A stretch of DNA of 64,000 nucleotides, from positions 2,400,001 to 2,464,000 of the forward strand of contig CM000208.1 in the NCBI GenBank assembly GCA_000002445.1. Direction: 5' to 3'. This DNA is from Trypanosoma brucei. Lineage: Eukaryota. A model generated the notes under the pieces. It had not been told where the DNA came from and ran no database searches. It saw only the letters and a program-made list of their open reading frames with translations. Below are positions 10,767 to 21,424 of this stretch, one piece after another; the first letter of the stretch is position 1, and the number at the start of each line of letters is the position of its first letter. The position numbers were made by a program, and so were the translations under genes.

Positions 10767-12097
10767 ATTGTATCCCCTACCCATAATTCATTTTCCACTA
10801 CCTTTTTCATAAAATGTGGCGTCCTTTCACATGTAGATCCGGGGCACATTTACGTCACTTTTTTCTATTTTTTTTAAATCCGATTTCGCACATGAACTCT
10901 TTGTTAGTTCTTTGTTCCTGCTATCCGCAACCATTTTCTCCGTTTTTATGGTTGTACAACATTACTTGAACGTTTTCCTAGTGGTTTGTGGTTGTTTTGC
11001 TTTACTTTCCCCTCTGAGTGTGTGGAAATACTGTAGGCGCGGTTGGTTGCGGAGCGACTACATCATTTCCACCATAACACTTTTCTTTCCTCTCCACGGG
11101 GTTTGCTTTATTTTCTTTTTAATATCTGGACGGCGGAGCATATTAAACTCCTCTGGCTCATCACAATTGTTGCGTTCACTGACTGAATTGGATTTGAGAT
11201 CCGGGAAATCCAACATAAGAGGCGCTGAATACAATAAGATAAGGGGAGAACGAGCTGAACTGCCCTTCACTGTGTGCTCCTTTTCCACATCCCCCTCAAC
11301 ACATAACCTTCAGCCGTATACGTGATATGAAGTGAAGTGGAAGAAGAAGGAGGAAGAGGAAGAGGAAAAGGAGGGGAATTTGTACAAGGAAATAACAATG
11401 TGCGTGCGGATATGCTCGCAGAGGGGAATTTTTTTGAGTAGACGAAAGCGAAAAGAAAAGAAAAGGAAGTAGAATGCTATGAGAGATTAAAGCTCACGTG
11501 TGATGATGGTGGTGAAGGGCCCTACATGTCGTAGAATTAGTTTTGACCGAAAATGGCAACAACAGCAACAACAAGGATGGTGGATGATTACTTTTGTTGT
11601 CTGGAGAAGGAGGGGAGAGGTCGATGAGAAACAAAGAAACGAATAAACGAGTTGTTTGGGTTGATATATATATATTAAACTACATTTATCTGATTACCAA
11701 GCGAACAGGAAGGATATTTATGACTTCATGGGGAACTGCAGGTGGCGCACCGCGGAGAATGATACATCTGCTGCGCTGTGCTTATTTCATTTGGTCGCCA
11801 GTGGTGGGGCGAAAAAATGAAGCGGATAGGCGTTTAGCAAAGGAATTATACGGTGGGTGTTGGGGGTTATCGTTCCCGTACCGTGAGCTGACAATATCAT
11901 ATTAATTAATTATATATATAGTATCTTTTTATTAGTTTTGTTTCAATAGGGGGGGTTGGGGACGCAACAGCGGCACTTGACAGCAGTGCAGCTTACATGA
12001 GTGTGTTATAAGTAGTCGGAAGGTATCTCAATGACGTCCGTTGCCGTGTGCCTTCACATGGCAACACTAATATGGTTGAAGGGGAGAAGCGAAGGGA

Positions 12098-12128
<31 letters not shown>

Positions 12129-12137
12129 AATGTGTGT
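12098..12137. repeat. Compound (TA)7(TG)9 microsatellite
   Basis: aatatatatatatatatgtgtgtgtgtgtgtgaatgtgtgt is directly visible. Confidence 0.9.
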
Positions 12138-12544
12138 TTGCGGAAAGTTACTAACAGGGAGGGAAAGGGAGTAATGAAACTGCATACGCGTGTGTAAGAT
12201 CATTGCTATGCAGGAGTGGTAATGTTCCCTTTCATGTTGTAGTCCCCTTTTCCCTGACCCTTCCACACCCCGAGACCCTTGTTATGAGGTTTTTTTTTCA
12301 ATAATAAATGGAGTGGAATATTCATATGGGTCATTAGTCGCACCGCCTTTTTATTTTTTCTCTACCTTCTTAGTACTACGACTGCCACCGAACTGTGATT
12401 TTTTTTTCCTCCTCTTCAGTATATGCGTGTGTGTTAACCTACACATTGAAAACATACTTACAAACTGCGCGCCGCTGATTAAATAAGAGCATGTCAGGCC
12501 GTGCACATTTTTAATTCCTGAGCATCAATATCAGCATTGCACTT

Positions 12545-12650
12545 GTTTTTTTTTTTGACCTTTTGTTTGCTTCGCCGCACTCTTGCCTCATTACCTCCCC
12601 ACCTTCATCTCGTTACTCCATATTTACTTTTTTCTCTTGTGTGTACGTGT
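12545..12650 (+). promoter_or_regulatory. Long polypyrimidine region: trans-splice/polyadenylation signal region upstream of the UTP18-like gene
   Basis: A T/C-rich stretch (tttttttttgaccttttgtttgcttcgccgcactcttgcctcattacctccccaccttcatctcgttactcc...). Confidence 0.4.
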
Positions 12651-12822
12651 GGACGATATATGAAAAAATAAAAAAAAATCTGTATTCAGTTGTTCACAGT
12701 ATAAAGTCGTTGGGTGCCGTAGCCCTACCGTTGTTGTTTATTATTAGGGCTTCGACGCATTGTAGAAAAAACAAAAGGTTGTAATTTATCAACGGTTGTT
12801 TGAATAAGAAGCGGGCAAATAC

Positions 12823-12841
12823 ATATATATATATATATATT
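12823..12841. repeat. (AT)9 microsatellite
   Basis: catatatatatatatatatat is directly visible, just upstream of gene 12887. Confidence 0.9.
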
Positions 12842-12886
12842 GTAGCCTCGGTCTAAACAACGCGGCACGATTTTCGTTCCAGCCGA

Positions 12887-14119
12887 ATGTCCTCACGAGC
12901 ATGGGTTGACGAGGCGGACATCACCATCGAAAAGAATTTGCCCGAATTTATTAAACAGAGCCAAAAACTCCCCGCGTGGGCAAGGAACAATGCAGGAAGC
13001 GGTACTAAAGGGGGTTTAGGTGGAGAATCCTCCTCTCCATTTCCCAACTTAAGTGCGCAACTGGCGGGACAAAAGCGTTTCCGCGATCGTGACCTCGATG
13101 CACTTCTGGCACGTACCGAGCCGTTACTGACATCGAAGCATGAGCGCCGTAGCACAACCGTACCGCCGGTACTATCTGTACTACCGCTACCTTCTGACGC
13201 AGCGCGTACTGTCCATTGGCATCGCAACGGCCAACTGGCCATCGTTGGGGGAAATAATCATGTGTACCTTTTCCATGCCGCTGGTCGTTTTGTTGAGGAA
13301 ATATCAAAGACTCACGTTGGAAAACGCATCAAGCAAACAACACTAACCGCCACAGGAGAGGACCTAATTATTGTTGGTAACGGAATATACACCCCTAATC
13401 TCCTGCACCTCGCTACAGAAAAATTAATCCCTCTAAACTTCCTGTGCACTCGGGAGCTCGCTCCACACCGAAATGGGCGGCGTGACAACAGCAAATATGA
13501 TTTCCACATAAGTAAAGTCGCCACTCCAGAAGGAGGAGCCGGAGAGAATATTGTAGGTATGGCCCATGGAGCCACCATTACGGTTGCTTCCATCGCTTCA
13601 GCTAGTATAATGCATCGCATTGATCTGAGTGACCCCGTGGTAGATATGGCCTTCACTAGTAGTGCTCAGGAACTTACCGTTGCCACACGCAATAAGTTGA
13701 CTGTCTACGATCTTCGCAAGAGTTCACAGTTTCTTCGTGAGCTGCACGACAAGGGTATGGTTGGTATTACAACATTTGCATGCAGCAACTCGATGGTTGC
13801 CGTTGGTTCCACTAGTGGCATCGTGGGACTCTACAGTGGGAGCTCCTTGGCGACGCCGGTCAAGACATTAAAAAATTTAACAACAAGTATCGATTGCGTG
13901 GCTTTTGGTGAGCGGAGTAATGGAGACTCAGTACTAGCATTTTGTTCTGGCAGTCAAAAGGCAGGGTTTAGGTTAGCCTCACTTCCAGATTGCCGTGTTG
14001 TGCCATCGTTTCCTACTGTGAGTGTGCGACATGACTTCGTACAAAGTATGACAATGGCCCCAACGGTGCCAATTTTGTCTGTCGGAGAGAAGACGCGAGT
14101 GACAAACTATGCGCTCTAA
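12887..14119 (+). CDS. WD-repeat protein, probable U3 snoRNP component UTP18 homolog
   Basis: 410 aa. WD-like blades (GSTSGIVGLY, VATRNKLTVYDL). The C-terminal segment NLTTSIDCVAFGERSNGDSVLAFCS..FRLASLPDCRVVPSFPT resembles the UTP18 C-terminus (NLTTSVD.MAF....LLA..S.....LRLVHLPSC.VF.NWPT). Confidence 0.55.
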   Translation: MSSRAWVDEADITIEKNLPEFIKQSQKLPAWARNNAGSGTKGGLGGESSSPFPNLSAQLAGQKRFRDRDLDALLARTEPLLTSKHERRSTTVPPVLSVLPLPSDAARTVHWHRNGQLAIVGGNNHVYLFHAAGRFVEEISKTHVGKRIKQTTLTATGEDLIIVGNGIYTPNLLHLATEKLIPLNFLCTRELAPHRNGRRDNSKYDFHISKVATPEGGAGENIVGMAHGATITVASIASASIMHRIDLSDPVVDMAFTSSAQELTVATRNKLTVYDLRKSSQFLRELHDKGMVGITTFACSNSMVAVGSTSGIVGLYSGSSLATPVKTLKNLTTSIDCVAFGERSNGDSVLAFCSGSQKAGFRLASLPDCRVVPSFPTVSVRHDFVQSMTMAPTVPILSVGEKTRVTNYAL

Positions 14120-15156
14120 AAGTTACGCCAATGTGCGCGCAGCGGGTCAGAGTGGTGTTTTCTTTTTGTTTTTTCCCCCTCTCCCTCGCTGACTCTGCGC
14201 ACTTGGAACTTTTTTGGTGATTCACGTTCCCACTCTGCACCTTGTTGCTATTGCTGTATTATTGGTACTGAGCACCATTGGCATCATTCGCCAGATTCTT
14301 TCCTATGATTGATCGTGGCGTCGCTGCGTACCGCATTGTTGTAGGGGGTGAAAACGGAATTTTGGACCAACGCTGGTGGGAAGAGAGAAGCAAAAGAGAG
14401 AAGTGGCCGGTATTCAAGGAGTGAATCAACGAAACAAGGTGAAGTTCGTAGTTAACCGTCGCTTCACGAATAGGATAACAAAAACTGGAGGGTAAGTTAC
14501 GATTAAAATGCCATTTAAGTGACAGCGGAATATCCCCCTTCCTCGCCTCTCCATGCAAACTTACGCTGGGGAGGCGAGAGTTTGTGTATATGTGCTAAAG
14601 AGGAACTACGCGCGGGCAAAAAAGAGGAAGCTTCCCCCCCCCCTTTATTTTACCTGCGTGTCGGTATCAATAGCACTTTTTCTAATATGATACGGATTAA
14701 AATATGATTTGAATCGCACCTCTTTTTAAGGTGGGATGTTCAACACGATCACCCCATGATATTGTTGAATATTTACTGACCGCGACGGTCTTTCACACTG
14801 CTTCTGCAGTCGTGCCTTTTATACAGTAACTGTTCCGTGGTATATTCTTTTTTGTTGATTCTTCGCTTCCTCCTAACGGTATATTAAGGTTGGAAGGAAG
14901 GGTGGGAACACTTCTGTGCCCATATAGACGAATTGGATGGGTGCGGCGTCGTTAGCCACTGAGAAGGTAATATAGTGATAGCAATAATAACACGAGGAGA
15001 CAATTTTCTCTTTTAAAAAACTTTGGGTAAAGAGAAATAAATTAAAATAAACGCGTATCAAACATATTAAGATATAAAATAAGTACCGTTTGCAGGGCAG
15101 GAAAAGAAAAAGAAGCAAACCATAGAAGACAGGTGAGACAGTGCTAGAGTCCATTC

Positions 15157-16929
15157 ATGCGTATTGTAATCGATGTCGATGCGGTTTTACCCATCAGATA
15201 TGCCGATGACGAGAATAATGTGGACAGCAACTGCAAGCCATTTAATATCATTGAGGACAACTCCCAGTCTGACAATGATGAAGAATCGATTACCAAACGA
15301 GGTACGGAGAAGAAACCCGCAGCTCCCGTAGTGCGAAAGAGGTCAAGGCCTCCCTCTTCTCATTCCTCAAGTGCCCTGTATTCAGCTCTTCAACCCCGAA
15401 AGAACTGGGCCAAGAATATGTTTCGTGGGGATACACCGTATAGTCTGCTGAAGCGGGAGGATCTCTTTGAGCGATGTAACTACATCATGGACCATGACGA
15501 TTTCGTATGGTGCAGTGAGAATAACGTACCGCACACGCTCTTTGCCGACGCCGTTACGCAGCTTGAGAGGAGGTACGCCACGTGCTTGCTGGAGACCGTC
15601 AAAAATAGAACTGCAGCAGGCGGAGCGAGTAGCGAGGAGAATGTTTCCAATTGGAGCGAACAAACCATGGGTCTCGGTGATGGCCGGGGCTACGGTTTGG
15701 CCGGAGGGATAGCATGCGGTGTATGCTCACAGAAAGAGCGTAGTGAGCGAGCGGGTGATCGCTTTCTTCGTTGCAGGCGCTGTGGTGTTCAGGCTCACCT
15801 TAGCTGTTGGTACCTCAATCAACTTCCCCTCGACGTGGAAGACTGGTCATGTCCAGCTTGTCATGTTGCCCGCCGTGAGAAAGGCTTAGGTCATTGTTGT
15901 GTTTGTCGCCGAAAGGGTGGTGTGATGCTACCGTACATGTCGGGTGTGGAGTGGCGAAGGTATGAACAGTTAGCCAGTCACGAAATACCTAAAGAAGATT
16001 CTCCAGCAGCAGCTTTTTGTCATGTTGTGTGCGCCCTTGCATTCTCTGAGTTGTTGATTGATGAGCAACGAAGGGTTGTGCATCCCGCAAAACGAGCTAA
16101 GAGGGTTGGCGTTATTGCATTATGTGTCTTCTGCCGTAGCAACAGTGGTGAGGGTCTAACAATGTGTCACCACAAGCGGTGCTTCACCTCCATGCATCCC
16201 GCATGCGCACAGATTGCTGGTACTATTGAATGTTACCGCGCAGAGAGCGTGCCAGCGGGCTCAGCGTGGGGTGGTTGCAATGTGTATTGTAGCGATCACT
16301 TCAGAGAAGCGCTGAGTGTTGCTGCACATTCAGAGGTGACTAGTGTAAACGCGGAGTCAGCGGCTCTTAAACATGTAACGCCCAGCGGACTGGTGACCCT
16401 CGAGAATGATAACCACGTAGAGGGTTCGAATTTGGCTGGTGTTGTTTCTAATTCTGCTGTAGCTCCCTCTCTGGATGCAGTCAAGTTGCGTTGGGTGGAG
16501 AAGCGGGCACAGCGACTACGTGAAAGTGCACAGATGGTGGAGGAGATTAGAAAGGGAAAGCGTGACATTTTGTCGGTGCTTTTTCGTCCCGAGGTAGTAA
16601 AAGTCTCAGCAACGGAAGTTCAGCTCTCCCGTTTCGTTTTCCTTATACCTGAGCTGCAGCAACATATTAATTCCGCCGTCGAGGGTATATTACCCGTTGT
16701 AGATGACGAGTATGAAGATGTGCAGCGATACAGGAAGGTGCAATCACGTACCCGTCACGCTGGAAACACCGTGCAACTTTACCAAAAGATGCAGCAGGTC
16801 GTTTCGCACGTTGATGTGTTTTGTGAACTAAGTAATGTTATCCGTAAGCGGGCTGCTCTTCGGCGTGAGTGGGTGGAAACTGAACTTAAAATTTTACATC
16901 AGCGCTGTGGTATCGCCGACGACAATTAG
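15157..16929 (+). CDS. PHD - zinc knuckle - extended PHD (PZP-type) finger protein, putative chromatin reader
   Basis: C4HC3 PHD: CGVC..x..CRRC..H..C..x..CPAC. Then CCVCRRKG (Zn knuckle) and an ePHD: CHVVC..x..CVFC..x..C..HHKRCFTSMHPACA. This matches the BRPF/JADE/AF10 architecture. Confidence 0.7.
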   Translation: MRIVIDVDAVLPIRYADDENNVDSNCKPFNIIEDNSQSDNDEESITKRGTEKKPAAPVVRKRSRPPSSHSSSALYSALQPRKNWAKNMFRGDTPYSLLKREDLFERCNYIMDHDDFVWCSENNVPHTLFADAVTQLERRYATCLLETVKNRTAAGGASSEENVSNWSEQTMGLGDGRGYGLAGGIACGVCSQKERSERAGDRFLRCRRCGVQAHLSCWYLNQLPLDVEDWSCPACHVARREKGLGHCCVCRRKGGVMLPYMSGVEWRRYEQLASHEIPKEDSPAAAFCHVVCALAFSELLIDEQRRVVHPAKRAKRVGVIALCVFCRSNSGEGLTMCHHKRCFTSMHPACAQIAGTIECYRAESVPAGSAWGGCNVYCSDHFREALSVAAHSEVTSVNAESAALKHVTPSGLVTLENDNHVEGSNLAGVVSNSAVAPSLDAVKLRWVEKRAQRLRESAQMVEEIRKGKRDILSVLFRPEVVKVSATEVQLSRFVFLIPELQQHINSAVEGILPVVDDEYEDVQRYRKVQSRTRHAGNTVQLYQKMQQVVSHVDVFCELSNVIRKRAALRREWVETELKILHQRCGIADDN

Positions 16930-17279
16930 CCGCGGCAGTAGTGTTGTGAACACATTCCCCCTCCCCTCCGCTGTGTAGACCATGTACCTTCCGGAATTTA
17001 AGTATTTGCAATAGCGCCATGTGTACACCAAGCACAGGGGGCACGGTATGAAGGCGCAAAACAGAAGTAGAGGACCCATTTTCCCACGGGTCTTCGTGGG
17101 GTAATATGAATACGCTCTGTATGGCTTATTGTCATAGTGGAACTTTCGCTCCTCTCCCTTTTTTCCTTCTATCCGTTATTTGTTTTGTTGGTGACCTTCG
17201 TGTGGAATGTTAAGAGGGGGATCCCTTGCAACCCACCAGTTGCTTACCGCGTTTTGTGGTGCGTTCCTCGTTTTTTTAG

Positions 17280-17765
17280 ATGCGGGTACTCACGCACCAC
17301 CGACATGCCGTCAATAGGGGAAGTGCGACCCTCGGTGGTCTGACTATGGTGAACACCGCGTATTCCTTCCTCTTTGCATTCCCTGTTGCTGTGGTTTCGC
17401 TAGTCGTGCGGTGGCACAAAAAACTCACTTTGAATCAGCGAGCGCTTTGCGTAACTTGCCTGGTCGTGTGGACGCTCGTGGACGTGCTGCGTCTACACTT
17501 GGGATATAGCGGTAACCGAAAACAGTACGTGCCCTCTCTAATCGGCTTTTTTGTGATGACCCTTCTGCCGCAGCTTCCCCTCGCCATAGCTTATAACTTA
17601 GCTTGGCCACATCTTAGCTCTCTCGACTACGCCACGAGTACAGTGATGATAATGTTGCTCGTAGCGGAGATCGTGTTTAGTCTCCGGGTGATCGTTCGAC
17701 TTATTCGCAATAATCGCATAGACTACTATGTGTATGGGCCATACCATGTCCGGGATCTCTACTAG
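17280..17765 (+). CDS. Small multi-pass (about 4 TM) membrane protein, hypothetical
   Basis: 161 aa with four hydrophobic segments. An alternative start at ATG 17346 (MVNTAYSF) is possible. No family identified; a TMEM17/216-like tetraspan is only a guess. Confidence 0.4.
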   Translation: MRVLTHHRHAVNRGSATLGGLTMVNTAYSFLFAFPVAVVSLVVRWHKKLTLNQRALCVTCLVVWTLVDVLRLHLGYSGNRKQYVPSLIGFFVMTLLPQLPLAIAYNLAWPHLSSLDYATSTVMIMLLVAEIVFSLRVIVRLIRNNRIDYYVYGPYHVRDLY

Positions 17766-18208
17766 CTGTCATAAGCTTAATGTTACTCATATTGTAACGA
17801 CTTCCACAAACGCTCACGTGCTTCATTCGACGACAATATGGTGTTGCTTGTGGCGTTCAGAATATTTTTTACCATCATTGAGTGTACAGTATACTACTGC
17901 TTAAAGTGTGTCATTTGTTTCTCCACGATTGTTAGTAGTGCGACCTGGCGCGTGAGCCAGTGACACACCTGATTTTGTGGGCACGTGGTGGAGGTGTTCA
18001 CAATGTTTTTCATTCAAATGTCTCTCCTTATTTTCGACGTTGTGGGTTGCTTTGTTTTGTGGGTGCATATGTATATATATATGCAATGAACTGCAGGAAC
18101 GGTTAGGGACGGTGAGGGACTAAAGCACCGCGAACCTTCGGACTCTGCCACCTTTCCATTGCAGCAGCAACAACTGCACCAGGAAAGCATTAGCCATCGT
18201 AAAGGATT

Positions 18209-19393
18209 ATGACGGAGCGTACCGACACTATTCGCGAGTTGTTCCACAAAAGCAGCCCCTATCGCCCCGGTGGCGATGACTTCGCTGAGCTCACTGCTCT
18301 GAAATCTCACACATTTTACGAAACCTTTCAGGTCGTCACATCCACAGCAAAGGTCGCGGTGCGAAACACGCGTGCTAGCATCAAAGCAGCTCTCCGCGCC
18401 ATGGAACAATTTAGCCCCGCAGTTTCAGATCAAGAGAGTGCCTTACTGTTACAGGAGGCGGAGTTACTCGCGGCTTCCGACGCCATAAAGGAACTCATTG
18501 CATCGCTGAAGAACGCGTGTGTGCAGTCGGAGAAGTCTGGAAGCCGGTGGGGTGCTGCTGTGTCAAGGAAAGGGGATGAGGCACAGGACGCTAAGACTGG
18601 GAAGCCGTCAAACCAAATGCTTTTGCATCTCGAGACAGCCCTCGAGGTTGTCGGGCTATGCACCGGTCGATGGAGGCTTTTGCTGGCCCTATGCAAAGAG
18701 GAGCTCATCTTGTATAAGCAGGAGATGTTCTCTTTTGGGCGTATTGGAGTACTTTCTTGTCAAGATCCAGTGAAAGAAAAGTGTGGGGACGCTGAGAGTT
18801 CAATCAGCAGGCGCGAACCGGACGTAGAAAGACCACAAGAACTGGACCTGCCAATTGGCTGTAGTGTAGAGAAGCCAAAAGATGCAACCCAAGCGGTTAT
18901 GTCGGTGGTAGACCGTGTCATGAAGGAGGCAGCGAGGAGGGTGACGGTGGCACCGCTTCCTCTCAATAGCGGTGTATGGTCAAAAATACGGGGAAACAAA
19001 AGCAATTGCAGGAACGTCTGGAACGCGGATATCTCTGAAGTTCCCGTTCCTCAATTCGAGTACAGTTTAGAGGAGCAGCAGCAACTAAGGGTTGAAAATG
19101 CGATGCTGGAAAAGCATCAAAGACTAGTCTCCGCCGAAGATGCGAAGGCTGTTGAAGTCTCTGTTCGTGAATTGTCGCAGTTGACCTCCCTCATCAGCGA
19201 ACGAGTCATTCAGCAGAACGAACAGTTCTCCATTCTTTTGAAAAATACTGAAGCGGCGCAGAACAACATGCAGCGAGGAATAGGCGAAGTTAAGCAAACT
19301 CTTACGCATTTTTGGAACCCAACCCGACAGCTGATAGCAGTTCTGTGGACCAGCATCATCGTGCTTCTGTTAGCCAACTGGATCATTCGCTAA
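18209..19393 (+). CDS. Tail-anchored Qa-SNARE, syntaxin 18/Ufe1-like
   Basis: The C-terminus (VEVSVRELSQLTSLISERVIQQNEQFSILLKNTEAAQNNMQRGIGEVKQ....LIAVLWTSIIVLLLANWIIR) aligns with the syntaxin-18 SNARE motif plus TM anchor (VVEISRLQEIFTEKVLQQEAEID.I...NNAGFRVWILFFLV). The N-terminus (RELFHKSSPYRPGGDDF) resembles the Syntaxin-18 N-domain (RDELFRRSPRPKGDF). Confidence 0.65.
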   Translation: MTERTDTIRELFHKSSPYRPGGDDFAELTALKSHTFYETFQVVTSTAKVAVRNTRASIKAALRAMEQFSPAVSDQESALLLQEAELLAASDAIKELIASLKNACVQSEKSGSRWGAAVSRKGDEAQDAKTGKPSNQMLLHLETALEVVGLCTGRWRLLLALCKEELILYKQEMFSFGRIGVLSCQDPVKEKCGDAESSISRREPDVERPQELDLPIGCSVEKPKDATQAVMSVVDRVMKEAARRVTVAPLPLNSGVWSKIRGNKSNCRNVWNADISEVPVPQFEYSLEEQQQLRVENAMLEKHQRLVSAEDAKAVEVSVRELSQLTSLISERVIQQNEQFSILLKNTEAAQNNMQRGIGEVKQTLTHFWNPTRQLIAVLWTSIIVLLLANWIIR

Positions 19394-19769
19394 GCTATAT
19401 CTGCGTCTAATGCAGACGTGGTGGTTGGAAATGACACAACCGAGGGGGTGAGAAAACCTCGTGTGGAGTCGTCGCGTAATGGTTAATTAAGTGCATGTAC
19501 AAAAGACCGCGTGATGTTGCACGCGTATACTTATCCATACTCACTGCTCGAGTTGTTAGTATCTCCTACTTTTTTCGGTGTTATTCCCTTTTTTTCCTTC
19601 CACGCCTTTGGTTACTGTGAATAGCACTGGTGCTGCCCGCGTGCGGTGCTAGCCTACAGAAGCGACAATATCGATAAGAATCTATTTTTTCGTTTACATA
19701 ACGGCGCAGACATTTTGACCTACTCCCGCTCCTTGCTCACATACAACAAGGAAGCTGGCTCGAGCTGCG

Positions 19770-21149
19770 ATGACGGCGGGACTCGTTTCATCTTTCGGAA
19801 GGTGTGGCGGGGCTGCAGCTGCGCTTTCTACGGTGCTACACACTCGTCAGCCACTTCCATTTGTTTTTTTCACCAAGTGGGCGATGCACGACTTTCATAC
19901 CTCCCGTTGGTCCCGCGCCAGGTCCGATTCACAGCTTCGCCGTACACATCTTGGTAGGAAGTGTACTGAAACACCCATGATGGAAATGGTTTCGGTAAAC
20001 CGTTACGGCGGAAATGCAAAACGTGAGGCGTTGGCACTGGCTTTTCGTACGTACCGTAGTGTGTGTCAATCATCCGAGACCCTGCAAGCTGGACGAGAAG
20101 CCGTGTCTCAAGTTCAACTGGATGACTTTGCATTTGGAGACGACGAAATGGAAGAGGTTGCGACCGATTTCGCATGTCTTTACCTTAATGCCACTGTGCT
20201 TTTTGTGTCTCCACCCTCGGAGGAGATGATGGTGGGACTGCTCTCTTGTCTATCAAAGGTGCTGCACAACTCATTCCACTGGGAATGTGTCCTCTCTGTG
20301 CTTGTTGCATTACTGCATCCAGAGGCAACATCTGCCAGGGTATTTGTCACAGCTTTTACCATGATGCTACGTGAATCACTGGGCGAAAGCGTACCAAAAA
20401 CCTTCTCACGTGACGGTGTAGTGTTGTTGCTGCTTTCCGTAGCACGAGCCACTGCTATATTACGTGAAAATGAAGCGTCGAGTAAAGATATGGTCTACCT
20501 CCTTGCTCTCCAACAGAATGCCTTGGTGGAACTGTGTTGTACACCGGGAGCGGCCCCTTTACCACGGGAGGAGCTACTTGTTCTAACGGACGCCATCTGT
20601 TGGCGGTTTGCAGCCACCGGAGGGTGCTTACACTTGCGTGAGCCGTCACTTGACAGCGTGGTGAAGCAGCTGCAACTATCGAGTAAGGCAGTACTTGATG
20701 TGCTGGTGGTGTCGGAGTGCACAAAACTTTTCTGCGCTTCGTGTTTAGCTTTGGTCCCGCCTAGTTCAGAGGGGAATCCGCGGCCCCAGTGCCAGCACCA
20801 GTGGCAGACGACGCTCGATCCCCTCGTTTCTCATCTGGACCGTTTAGTCCGCGTACACTCCATTGTAGATGCTCTCTGTGTGTTCGTTGGGCTTTCGGTA
20901 AATGGCGATGCGAGAGCCCGGTATCGTAAATATCCATTGGCACTCCTGGAGCATCTACAGGAAGAACAAGACGTGGGAAATATATTTACTGAGTTGTTGA
21001 GGAGCGGCGGCAGCGATGTCTTCGCTGCCCTGACTAGTACCTTAACTGAGTTACGCAACAGCGGAGAGGATGACTTAGCAGATGCAGTAAGCCCCCTGTT
21101 AAACGCACTCTCTACAGAGGTACCGCGTGCGGCAGCGTCGTCCTCGTGA
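19770..21149 (+). CDS. Hypothetical protein
   Basis: 459-aa ORF. An alternative start at ATG 19977 (MMEMVSV) would give 390 aa. Coding-like composition, no recognisable domain. Confidence 0.5.
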   Translation: MTAGLVSSFGRCGGAAAALSTVLHTRQPLPFVFFTKWAMHDFHTSRWSRARSDSQLRRTHLGRKCTETPMMEMVSVNRYGGNAKREALALAFRTYRSVCQSSETLQAGREAVSQVQLDDFAFGDDEMEEVATDFACLYLNATVLFVSPPSEEMMVGLLSCLSKVLHNSFHWECVLSVLVALLHPEATSARVFVTAFTMMLRESLGESVPKTFSRDGVVLLLLSVARATAILRENEASSKDMVYLLALQQNALVELCCTPGAAPLPREELLVLTDAICWRFAATGGCLHLREPSLDSVVKQLQLSSKAVLDVLVVSECTKLFCASCLALVPPSSEGNPRPQCQHQWQTTLDPLVSHLDRLVRVHSIVDALCVFVGLSVNGDARARYRKYPLALLEHLQEEQDVGNIFTELLRSGGSDVFAALTSTLTELRNSGEDDLADAVSPLLNALSTEVPRAAASSS

Positions 21150-21424
21150 CACACGTGGAATTATACGTGCATACCCTTGCTCACTCATCACACACGGAAA
21201 ACCAGCTATTGTTTGCCGTGTGCAATCTGTAGAGAATATTCCGTGCACAGTTGCACCTTCTTCATCTGTTAAATGCTGGGTCTTCCGCTCTTCCTCATAT
21301 GGCACACCAACACATGCGTCCCTTTTGTTTACAAAACCATAGAAAGTATTCAATACACCGTGGGCAGGCTGAGCACATCTGCGAAACGAGTTAAGGCAGA
21401 GTTCTCCACACGTCGTAGGGAACA

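Noticed and set aside
10912-11905. ORFs 10912..11325 and 11594..11905 in the 2.1-kb gap
   Set aside because: They are hydrophobic and low-complexity, run through poly-T/poly-purine DNA, and show no homology signal.
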